Part shown: in pieces, positions 28,213-39,334 of the stretch
How the letters are laid out: each line of letters begins with the position of its first letter
How positions within the stretch are numbered: the first letter of the stretch is position 1
DNA from: Mobula hypostoma
Taxonomy: Eukaryota
Assembly: GCF_963921235.1 (NCBI RefSeq)
Contig: NC_086108.1
Coordinates: 63,428,001 to 63,492,000 of the forward strand
Length of the DNA: 64,000 nucleotides
Direction of reading: 5' to 3'
The notes under the pieces: generated by a model
What the model was told of the DNA's origin: nothing
Seen by the model: the letters and a program-made list of their open reading frames with translations, nothing else
Databases searched by the model: none
Translations under genes and position numbers: made by a program

Positions 28213-29844
28213 CGTACCAACAATATGTGATGTTGGATGCTGACTATTGTGAATCTTTAGAATGGTAATAACAAATTGGGTGCCAGAGGAAGTCTCAACT
28301 TTTTACAATCTATATTAATTATTTAGATAATGGAACCAAGTCTTTTAGAGCCAAATAGGCTGATGATGCAATTCTATCCACTTACCTTTGATCTCCTGCT
28401 ATCTCCTTTTGTTGTCCTCACTGCTTGCAGAATCATCAGACTTCACAGATATTTTATTCTGCGTGTCCATATACAAATCATTAATCTATATCAGAGCAAT
28501 AGTGGCCATCACACTATCACTGCTCTGTACCAACCCACATTCAAAACACAGAACTAGAATCATACAGCGTAGTATAGACACTTAGGCCCATGCTAGTCAT
28601 TTAAACTCTATTGTGTCTTGAAGTTCAACCTTCCAAAGTGAATCACTTCACACTTTTATTGGACTGAACTTCATCTGACTCCTCTCAGCCCAGTTCTGCT
28701 TCCTATCGATGTTCCATTTTAACCTACAACAAGCCTGCTAAACATTCCACACCAGCACCAACCCTTGTGTCATTGTAAATACAGCCATATATCTTTTTAT
28801 TAAGTAAATTATTTGTCCATTTTGTCATTGTCTCATTTATTTCCTGGGCTTTAGTATTGTTAACCAACCATTTTATATGAGAGATTGTCTTCCGACAAGG
28901 CAGTATTCGAGAGCACATGCAGACAGTAGGTATTGTGCCCTTTTCATATAACTTGTATACAATGAGGAGAAACCTCATATAGATTTGTCACATGTGACAC
29001 ACCTGTTGTGGCTCTCTATAATTCGCTCAAAATTTGTAAGTGCCTGTTTTCTTTCCTTCACTTGTGGTAGGCAAACTTTAAGCAACATAGTTACAATCAC
29101 CAGCTAGAGTTTCCAGATACGGACTTCTACCCTTGTGTGACCACTGGTGATGTCTGTTAGTTGCCAGACCTGATTTGTCTTCCATGTTTATTGACATCTA
29201 TTAGTCGATTTATGATGAAGGAAGTAGACCTGCACTACTTTTATATAACACAGAAATGAGTAGAATTACAAACGTACATCAAATGCACATTGTCGCAGGA
29301 TTCATTTTGCAGCAGTGTGCATTTTATATGGTTGACAGCAGTATGTATTGATGAGTGTATATTGAAATGTTCATAAAATATATCTTGGAAATTCTAAAAC
29401 ATGAGGAAGGTATTTGAATTAAAATCAACTCTCTGGGGAATTTAATTATTTTCATATTGCAAGTACGCAATCTTGATGTCCTTCAGCAGCCTATGTTTTC
29501 CTATCATTTGCCATTGACCTTAAGAAAGAGGTATAGGAAAAGTAGATAGTTTAGTTATAATTACATCTGAAGTTGGTACATTTTCACTACTTGTATTAAT
29601 CATGACATGTTTCTGCATTTGTAGCTTTTGTGATAACTGCTTTATGAATGACTGCAGTCTGTAGGATGACTGTAAACATAACTATTTCATCTTATTCTGC
29701 TTTGTATAGCTATAAAATCAATGTTGACTTGTTCATTAGCACACATTTGTGTCCATTAGCATAGATTTGATTAAATGTATTTGAATTACACACTCCAAAG
29801 TCAGGGTGTATCATTTAAAGTACTTGCATTTTCCTGTTTTACAG

Positions 29845-29876
29845 TGTAGTGAACTAAAGAGATTGGATGCACATCT
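29845..29876 (+). CDS. HOOK1: HOOK1 micro-exon (CSELKRLDAHL); donor ambiguous (GA at 29877 or GT at 29881)
   Basis: Strong ttttcctgttttacag acceptor. Peptide resembles HOOK1 SSKLKQKLEAHM. Confidence 0.75.
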
Positions 29877-30202
29877 GAAAGTAAACTTTTTAAAATGTTA
29901 TTGTCTATTTAGTAGTTCCCAAACTATCACTGTGTCTAAAAGTATGTAGATTTAATTATAAAGGAGACATTATATACTGCAGATGCTTACAAAAAACAAA
30001 CTGCTGTAAGAACTCAGTGAGTTAGGCATCATCCGTGGAGGCAGAGGTACAAATGACATTTCAGGTCAAAATCCTGCATCAGGGCAGATTCAATTACAGT
30101 ATTGGAATCCGGTTTAATATCATCGGAATATGATGTGAAATTTGTAGTTTCGCGGCAGCAGTACATTGCAATACATAATAAAAACTGTACATTACAATAA
30201 AT

Positions 30203-30225
30203 GTATGTATGTATTAATGTGTGTC

Positions 30226-30291
<66 letters not shown>

Positions 30292-30304
30292 GACACACTC
30301 ACAC
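30203..30304. repeat. Compound microsatellite (TG)n(TA)n(CA)n
   Basis: Directly visible in the sequence. Confidence 0.95.
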
Positions 30305-30896
30305 GTTTCCTCTGTTCCTTATCTAATATTATGTCTGGTTGGTTTGCCAGTACTGCTGATCAGTCTGTATATGGAAGTCCCACAGGATCTTAGCTCTGCA
30401 ATTCTCCATTACTTTCTCGGGTATTTCCCGTTCGGACTTGAGAGTGCCCAATCCATACTCAGCGCAGATGTTCCCGCACACAATTCCTGCAACTTGGTTT
30501 GCCGTTCGGTGTACCTGTATGCTGTCCCTGCCTGCATCTTGCTACTATGTGTTGGATAGTTTCACTGGATTCCCTGCACAATCTGCATGTTGGTTCTTAT
30601 CTGGTGTGATCGAGCCCTGCTTCTTTGTCTCTGGTGCTCAGCACCTGTTCTTGTGCAGCCATGAGCAGAGCCTCAGTGCTGTCCCTCAGCCCTGCCATTT
30701 CCAGCCATTGGTAGGACTTTCATACGTCAGCCACCTCTGATCTGGCAATGGTACATCCCGCGCAGTGGCTTGTCCTGTCAGGCCTCTGGAACAGCGAGGA
30801 TACTGCACTGAATCCTCAAGCTCCCAGCCCTAGGAAGAGGACCTGAGATTGAAGGGAAAGTACACGTACACACCACCCTTAAGGGGTGAGAAAAAA
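30300..30896. mobile_element. R4/Dong/Rex6-like (RLE-endonuclease) LINE fragment with 5' inversion
   Basis: Minus 30300-30789 translates with frameshifts to KSYQWL, STEALLMAAQEQ, CRLCRESSETIQHIVA, KILWDFHIQTD and NQPDII. Plus 30788-30896 gives the C-terminal GTARIL..LKLP and a 3' end. Confidence 0.8.
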
Positions 30897-31062
30897 TTTT
30901 TTAAATTAAATAAATAGTGCAAAGAGAGAGGAAAAAGAAAATCGTGTCATATGTTCTCCATCCATTTGGAATTCCGATGGTGGAGGGAAAGAAGCACTGA
31001 CTGTGTATGTTCAGGTTCCTGTAGCACCTCCTTGATGGTAGTAATAAGATGAACACATGTCT

Positions 31063-32092
31063 TAGTCATAGTCATACTTTATTGATCCTGGGGGCAATTG
31101 GTTTTCGTTACAATTGCACCATAAATAATTAAAGAGTAATAAAACCATAAATAGTTAAATAGTAATATGTAAATATGTAAATTATGCCAGGAAATAAGTC
31201 CATGACCAGCCTATTGGCTCAGGGTGTCTGACCCTCCAAGGGAGGAGTTGTAAAGTTTGATGGCCACAGGCAGGAATGACTCCCTATGACGCTCAGTGCT
31301 GCATCTCGGTGGAATGAGTCTCTGGCTGAATGTATTCCTGTGCCCAACCAGTACATTGTGTAGTGGATGGGAAACATTGTCCAAGATGGCATGCAACTTG
31401 GACAGCATCCTCTTTTCAGACACCACCGTGAGAGAGTCCAGTTCCATCCCCACAACATCACTGGCCTTACAAATAAGTTTGTTGATTCTGTTTGTGCCTG
31501 CTACCCTCAGCCTGCTGCCCCAGCTCACAACAACAAACATGATCACACTGGCCACCACAGACTCATAGAACATCCTCAGCATCATCCGACAGATGTTAAA
31601 GGACCTCAGTCTCCTTAGGAAATAGAGATGGCTCTGACCCTTCTTGTAGACAGCCTCAGTGTTCTTTGACCAGTCCAGTTTATTGTCAGTTCTTATCCCC
31701 AGGTGTTTGTAAACCTCCATCATGTCCACACTGACCCCCTGGATGGAAACAGGGGTCTCCAATGCCTTAGCTCTCCTCAGGTCTATCACCAGCTCCTTAG
31801 TCTTTTTCACATTAAGCTGCAGATAATTCTGCTCACACCATGTGACAAAGTTTCCTACCGTAGCCCTGTACTCAGCATCATCTCCCTTGCTGATGCATCC
31901 AACTATGGCAGAGTCATCAGAAAACTTCTGAAGATGACAAGACTCTGCGCAGTAGTTGAAGTCCGAGATGTAAATGGTGAAGAGAAAGGGAGACAAGACA
32001 GTCCCCTGTGGAGCCCCAGTGCTGCTGATCACTCTGTCGGACACACAGTGTTGCAAGCACACGTACTGTGGCCTGCCAGTCAGGTAATCAAG
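31063..32092 (-). mobile_element. Younger Rex1/Babar-like LINE 3' portion with open RT frame
   Basis: ORF with GAPQGTVLSPFLF and KFSDD, stop at 31211. (tagtca)n tail. Confidence 0.88.
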
Positions 32093-34029
32093 GGAGTCCG
32101 TAATGATGGATGCCGCCTTTTTGAAGCATTGCCATTTGAAGGTGTCTTGGATGCTGAGGAGGCTAGCACCCATGGTGAGACTGACTGAGCTTACAACTTT
32201 CTGCAGCTTTTTCCAGTCCTGTGCAGTGGCCTCTTCATACCAGTTAGAATGCTCTCCATGGTACATCTAGAGAAATTTACACGTTTCTTTGCTAACATGC
32301 CAATTCTCCTGAAACTCCTAATGAAATATAGCCACTGTCTGTTTCCTTTGTAATTGCATCAATATGTTGGGCCCAGGATAAATCCTGAAGAGATGTTGAC
32401 AGCCAGAAACTTGAAACTGTTCGCCCTTTCCACTTCTTATCCTTCAATGAGGATTGGTGTATGTTCCCTTGACTTCCCAATCCTGAAGTCCACAGTCAAT
32501 TCCTTGGTCTTACTGACGTATTGCTGTGACACCACTTAGCCAGCTGATCAATCTTGCTCCTGTATGTCTCCTCATCAGCATCAGAAATTCTGCCAACAAT
32601 AATAGTGTCACCAGCAAATTTATAGTTGGTATTTGAGCTGTGCCTAGCCACACAATTGTGGGTGTAGAAAGTCGAGCAGTGGACTAACCACACATCCTTG
32701 AGGTGTGCCAGTGTTGATTGTCAGCGAGGAGATGTTCTTTCCGATCTGCACAGATTGCATAAGTCAAGGATATAGTTGGGTTGGGTGGTACAGAGGCCCA
32801 GGTTTTAGATATTGTTGATTAGAACAGAGGGTATGATTGTGTTAAACGCTGAGCTTTATCCAATCAATAGTGGCCTGATGTAGATATTGCTATTGCCCAG
32901 GTGACCCACAGCTGAGTGGAGAGCCAGTGAGATTGTATCTGGGGCAAACCTATTGTGGCAATGGGAGAATTGCAGAGGGTCTAGGTCCTTGCTTAGGAAG
33001 GAATTGATTATAGCAATGACCAATCTCTCAAAGCCCTTCATCAAAGTAGATGTGAGTGCCACTGGGTGATAGTTGTTGAAGCAGCTCACCCTGTTCCTTC
33101 TTGGGCACTGGTATGATTGTTGCTCTTTTGAAGCAGTGAGAGATTAAAGTTGTCTTTGAAAACTGTCGCCAGTTGGTTGGCACAGGTTCTCAAAGCCCTA
33201 CCAGGTATACCATCAGAGCATGACACCTTGGAAGGGTTCACCCTCTTGAAATGTGTTCTAAAGTTGGCTCCTGAAACGTAGATCATAAGGTCACCAGATG
33301 TCTGTAGTTTCAATTTTTTTTGCCTTGTCATAATCCAATCACTACAATATTTCTTCTTGCACATATGCACCCATAAGCAAAAAGCACAACTAAAGAAGCC
33401 ATGTTCTCTGCATTTCTCATTCCTATATAACTTCCATGGTCAGGGAAAGCTCAAACTAGGCTGATCTCAATTGCTTTCTGCTTTATGTGGAAATGAGTAA
33501 GTCTCATAGCCTGCTGATAAATATTTAATTGCTCTGCATTCACATTTGTCCAAGCCTTTGACTTTAAAAGTTGTTTGTTGTCCAGCTGGACAGAATTGAA
33601 CATGTGTCAAGCAAACTAGCCATCAATTCACCCAACATTTAGAAAACTAGTTTCTAAAGCTAGTAGAATGGATTTGTTTCACAGAATGAAGAAGAGTTTG
33701 AAATTTGTTTAAATATATAGGAGGTACTGGATGAAAAGTTGGAGTTTAATTTATCTTTCATATGGGTTCTTAATGTTGAGGCATTGAATAAAACACAAAT
33801 TGTTTTATGTACACTCTGTGTGATTTTTATCCATTAACACCTTTTGTCAGTGAGATTATATTGAGCAAGCAATGTTTTTCTCACCCGGTTCCATTACCCT
33901 TAGAAACTAAAGGACATAATATCAAGATAAAACATTGGTTTTTTAGGACACAGATTAGGAGACTGTGCATCTCTGTCGTTCAGTATGACAGAGGGCTGTG
34001 GATTTTACGTTCAAGGTTATGATTGATCA

Positions 34030-35258
34030 GATATTAACAAATAGGGTGGACAAAGGGGAGGCAGTGGATGTTATTTAGTTGGCTTCTCAGAAGGCGTTTG
34101 ATAAGGTGTCACACATGAGACTGCTTAACAAGATAAAATCCTGTGGCATTACAGGAAAGGTACTGGCATGGATAGCAGAATGGCTGACCGGATGCAGGCA
34201 GCAAGTGGGAATAACTGGGGCCTTTTCTCGTTGTCTGCCAGTGACCAGTGGTGTTCCTCAGGGGTCTGTGTTGGGATTGCAGATTTTCACATCGTTTGAC
34301 AATGATTTGGAAAATGGAATTGAAGGCTTTGTGGCAAAGTTTGCGGATGATACAAAGATAGGTGCAGGGGTAGGTAGTGCTGAGGAAGCAATGTCATTGC
34401 ACTAGGACTGAGACTAATTGGAAAAATGGGCAAACAAGTGGCAGATGGAATACAGTGTTGGGAAATGTATGATAATACACTTTGGTCAAAGGAGCAACAA
34501 TGTGGACTATTATCTAAATGGGAAGAAGGTTCAAACATTAGAGGTGCGAAGAATCTTAGGAGTCTTCACGCAAGACTCCCAGAAGGTTAATTTACAGCTT
34601 GAGTTTGTGGTAAAGAAGGCAACTGGGGAATAGAAAATAAAAGCAAGAAGAATAGAATATAAAAGCAAGGAGATAATGTTGAGCCTTTATAAGGCACTAG
34701 TCAGGCCACACTTGTTCTATTGTCAACATTTTTATGCCCCATGGCTCAGAAAGGATGTGTTGTCATTGGAGAGAGTCCAGGGGAGGTTCAAGAGGATGAT
34801 TCTTGGAGTGAAGTATTTAATATATGAGGAGCGTTTGGCAGCTTTGGGCCTGTACTCACTGGAATTTAGAAGAATGCTGCGGGATCTCATTGAAACCTAC
34901 TGAATGTTGAAAGGACCAGTTAGGGTGAATGTGGAGAGAATGTTTCCTATGGTGGGGGTATCCAGAACTAGAGGGCACAGCCTCAAAATTGAGGAATGAC
35001 TCTTTAGAACAGAAGTAAGGAGGAATTGGTTTAGCCAGAGAATCTGTGGAGTGCTCTGCCACAGCCTGCCGTGGAGGCAAAGCTTGTACATATGTTTAAG
35101 GCAAAAGTTAATCGTTTCCTGATCAGTCAGGTCATCAAAGGATACGGCGAGAAGGCAATTGTATGGAGTTGAGTGGGATCTGGGGTCAACCATGATGGAA
35201 TGGTAGAGCAGACTCGATGGGCTGAATGACCTAATTCTGCTCCTATGTCTTATGGTCT
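34030..35258 (+). mobile_element. Degenerate CR1 3' portion
   Basis: ORF 34079-34405 ([13 protein letters not shown]). Tail tgtcttatggtct. Confidence 0.88.
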
Positions 35259-35503
35259 AAAAGGATCAAAACATTTGTAACTTTTCACCTGCTTTCAGTT
35301 TAGTTTGTTGCACCTTGCAGCTACTGATAAAGTCAATAGGTTTGATGGTTTTTTCACAACTTGCTGCTGACAGTACTGAAAATGAAATTGGCATGCGTGA
35401 TGCAGATCAATGGCGATTTAAACTGAAAAAATTGTGGAGTAAATAGCTAAGTTCCAAGCAAGACTTTTTCATAGTTTAAATTGTTCAATATTTTGTTTTA
35501 TAG

Positions 35504-35586
35504 AGAGAAGTTGCATGATGCTCAAGATGAGCTACAGAAAAAGAATGAGCTTATTAAAGAATTACAGCATAAAATACAGCAGAGAT
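35504..35586 (+). CDS. HOOK1: HOOK1 internal exon (EKLHDAQDELQKKNELIKELQHKIQQR)
   Basis: ttttgttttatag acceptor and gtaaaa donor, 83 bp. Phase-compatible with the next exon. Resembles EKLTEVHEELQKKQELIEDLQ. Confidence 0.9.
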
Positions 35587-35619
35587 GTAAAAGTATAAAC
35601 AGCACTATATTAGAGAGAT

Positions 35620-35918
35620 GTGTTGGCGCGTGGCCAAGTGGTTAAGGCGTTCATCTAGTGATCTGAAGGTCGCTAGTTCGAGCTTGGCTGAGGCAACATG
35701 TTGTGTCCTTGAGCAAGGCACTTAACCACACATTGCTCTGCGACGACACCGGTGCCAAGCTGTATAGGTCCTAATGTCCTTCCCTTGGACAACATTGGTG
35801 GCGTGTAGAGGGGAGACTTGCAGCCGGTCTTCCATACAACCTTGCCCAGGCCTGCGCCCTGGACACCTTCCAAGGTGCAAATCCATGGTCTCACGAGACT
35901 AATGGACGCCTTAAAAAA
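35620..35918 (+). mobile_element. tRNA-derived SINE with A-tail and 11-bp TSD
   Basis: A box tggccaagtgg, B box gttcgagc, central gtgtccttgagcaaggcacttaac. TSD attagagagat at 35609-35619 and 35919-35929. Confidence 0.9.
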
Positions 35919-36040
35919 ATTAGAGAGATCTAATCTTCCAAATAAATTGTCATAATATTAACAAGAGTAAGCAAACTATTGGAGTAATGGAACAAAATAA
36001 GGATTGATAACAATTGTGCAAAAAGGAAAGCAGATATGTC

Positions 36041-37876
36041 CATAAGATCATAAGACCATAAGACACTTCACTACTGACTCAACCTGGAGGTTAACTTTAA
36101 GGGTGTCCTGTACGAGGACTCCCAAGTCCCGTTGCATCTCAGAACTTTGAATTCTTTCCCCATTTAAATAATAGTCTGCCCGTTTATTTTTTCTGCCAAA
36201 GTGCATAACCATACACTTTCCAACATTATACTTCATTTGCCACTTCTCCGCCCATTCTTCCAATCTATCCAAGTCTCTCTGCAGAATCTCCATTTCCTCA
36301 GCACTACCAGCCCCTCCACCTATCTTCGTATCATCAGCAAACTAAGCCACAAAGCCATCTATTCCATAATTTAAATCGTTGATGTACAATGTAAAAAGAA
36401 GCGGCCCCAACACTGATCCCTGTGGAACACCACTGGTAACCGGCAGCCAACCAGAATAGGATCCCTTTATTCCCACTCTCTGTTTCCTGCCAATCAGCCA
36501 ACGCTCTATCCACGTATGTAACTTTCCCGTAATTCCATGGGCTCTTATCTTGTTAAGTAGCCTCATGTGTGGCACCTTGTCAAAGGCCTTCTGAAAATCC
36601 AAATATACAACATCTACTGCATCACCCTTGTCTAGCCTACTGGTAATTTCCTCAAAAAATTGTAATAGATTTGTCAGGCAGGATTTTCCTTTAAGGAATC
36701 CATGCTGAGTTCTGCCTATCTTGTCATATGCCTCCAGGTACTCTGTAACCTCATCCTTGACAATCGACTCCAACAACTTCCCAACCACCGATGTCAAGCT
36801 AACAGGTCTATAATTTCCTTTTTGCTTCCTTGCCCCCTTCTTAAATAGCGGAGTGACATTTGCAATCTTCCAGTCCTCCGGACCCATGCCAGAATCTATC
36901 GACTTTTGAAAGATCATCGCTAATGCCTCCGCAATCTCCACAGCTACTTCCTTCAGAACACGAGGGTGCATTCCATCTGGTCCAGGAGATTTATCTACAT
37001 TTGGCCTATTCAGCTTCCTGAGTACTTTCTCTGTCGTAATTGTGACTGCGCACATTTCTCTTCCCTGCCACCCTTGAGTGTCCGACATACTGCTGTCTTC
37101 CTCAGTGAAGACTGATGCAAAATACTTGTTCAGTTCCTCTGCCATCTCCTCATCTCCCATTACAATTACTCCAGCAACATTTTCTATCGGTCCTATATCT
37201 ACTCTCACCTGTCTTTTACTCTTTATATACTTGAAAAAGCTTTTAGTATCCTCTTTGATATTATTTGCTAGCTTCCTTTCATAGTTAATCTTTTCTCTCT
37301 TAATGACCTTCTTGGTTTCCTTTTGTAAGGTTTTAAAAACTTCCCAATCCTCTCTCTTCCCACTAATTTTTGCTTCCTTGTATGCCCTCTCTTTTGCTTT
37401 AACTTTGGCTTTGACTTCTCTTGTCAACCACGGTTGCATCCTTTTTCCACTCGAAAATTTCTTCTTTTTTGGAATATCCCTGTCTTGCACATTCCTCATT
37501 TCTCGCATAAACTCCAGCCACTGCTGCTCTGCTGTCTTTCCCGCCAGTGTCTCTTTCCAGTCAACTTTGGCCAGTTCCTCTCTCATGCCAGTGTAATTTC
37601 CTTTACTCCACTGAAATACCAACACATCAGATTTCGGCTTCTCTTTTTCTAATTTCACAGTGAATTCAATCATGTTATGATCACTGCATCCTAAGGGTTC
37701 CTTCACCTCAATCTCTCCAATCACCTCCGGTTCATTACACAATACCCAATCCAGTACAGCCAATCCCCTAGTGGGCTCAACAACAAGCTGTTCAAAAAAG
37801 CCATCTCGCAGACATTCTACAAATTCTCTCTCTTGAGATCCAGTGCCGACCTGATTTTCCCAATCTACTCGCATGT
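36041..37876 (-). mobile_element. CR1 LINE with 510-aa open ORF2 segment; 3' region deleted up to the tail
   Basis: ORFs 36342-37874 and 36048-36293. Same subfamily as 25000-27122. Confidence 0.9.
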
Positions 37877-37952
37877 CTTTGATTTTTCGCTAGGATTGGG
37901 AAGTGTTTTGTATGAGATCTGGAAAAGAAGGTGCAGAATAGAATAAAAACAC

Positions 37953-38514
37953 AAAGTTCAAAGTATAATTTATTAACAAAATACATACATGTCACCACAT
38001 ATAACCCAGAGATGTTATTTCTTTTTCTGCAGGAATACTTAGTAAATCTATAGAAAAGTAACTATAAACAAGATCTATAAAGTGTAAGCATCAGGAACTG
38101 TAAACTAATCAAACTTCTAATACAGATATAAATAAATAAATAACAATAAATAATGAGCGCAAAATAACAATTTAGGAGTCCTTAAATGAGTGTAGCTGTC
38201 CTCTGTTGTTCAAGAGCCCAATGGTTGAGGGGTAGAAACTCTCCTTGAACTTGGTAGTGCAAGTCCTGAGGCATCTGTACCTCCTGCCTGATGGCAGCAG
38301 TGAGAAAAGAACATGACCTGTGTGGTGAGGATCTTTGATGATAGATGCTGTTTTTCTACGACAATGTTTCACATACATGTGCTCAATGGTTGGGAGGCTT
38401 TTACCCAGGAGGTACCAGGCAAATCCACTGCCTTTTATAGGATTTTCCATTCAAAGACATTAATGTTCCTATATCAGGCTGTGATGCATATTTCCACCAC
38501 ATATCTATCGAATT
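37953..38514 (-). mobile_element. Rex1/Babar-like LINE 3' fragment
   Basis: IIKDPHHTGHVLFSLLPSGRRYR. Same subfamily as 57714-58899. Confidence 0.8.
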
Positions 38515-39334
38515 CTTAAGGCATTATAACACATGAACATGTTAAGAAAATGATCTTTCAAATAAATTGCCAAGTTAAGAGTGTAGTCTTTAAAATGAAT
38601 AAGCAGCAAACAGAAAATTAGTAAATCATTTGTGATAAAGGAAAACAATGAAAAGAAACATTAATGACAGGAAGAAAGGAAGAAATATGTTGGGATGCCA
38701 TGAAGTTGTGTAAGTTGCTATATAAAGTTCTCTCTTCTATTAAGGTGCTTTATCAGAATTACATGAAATAAATACATTTAAATTCATATTCACTGAGAGA
38801 TATGTTCCTACTACTTAAAAGTAAATTAGTTCTCTGAAGCATTCTGACCCATGCTTGGTCTTTATAAACTATTCAAATCCTCTGCATGTAGTATTCAATA
38901 GGAATTTAATGCACTTCATATAAAAACAATTTTTAGAATTCAAGTTGCTGTTCAACTTCCTTTCTTTCTTTCTTTCTTTCTTTTTAAATCTTTTTATTGA
39001 GTAAGTATACAAAAAAGGTAAGCCATATAAAGATTAATACAATGCTAAAGTATAATAAAATTCCAAAAGATATCAATACCAAAAAGAAATTACTACAAAC
39101 AATGTAATTTAAACATAAGAAACCAAGATAACATAATAGTATACTAAATTTTATATATATCAATGGAAAAAAAAGAAAAAAAAAAACCCCCCAAAAAAAA
39201 CCCACCATGCAGCTAACTAAAAGCAAAGCAAAGCAATGGGCTAACTTGAAACCAAACAGAGTTAAACTTAAAATCACGTCCTCAATCCCGACCTCCATTA
39301 AAAACAGTGAAAAAAAAAACAAGAAGGGTAAATA

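Larger units (their letters stand above)
30100..33303 (-). mobile_element. Older Rex1/Babar-like LINE hosting nested insertions
   Basis: YHPVALTSTLMKGFERLV, DPLQFS and YKFAGDT peptides. The 3' UTR lies near 30100-30200 and resumes at about 30905. Confidence 0.75.

Noticed and set aside
30029..30559. ORFs with YI/CV repeats
   Set aside because: These are translations of the microsatellite.
31211..32266. 351-aa ORF as one protein
   Set aside because: It reads across the junction (about 32092) between two different Rex1-like copies.
35623..35695. tRNA gene
   Set aside because: It is the head of a SINE, followed by a body, A-tail and TSD.
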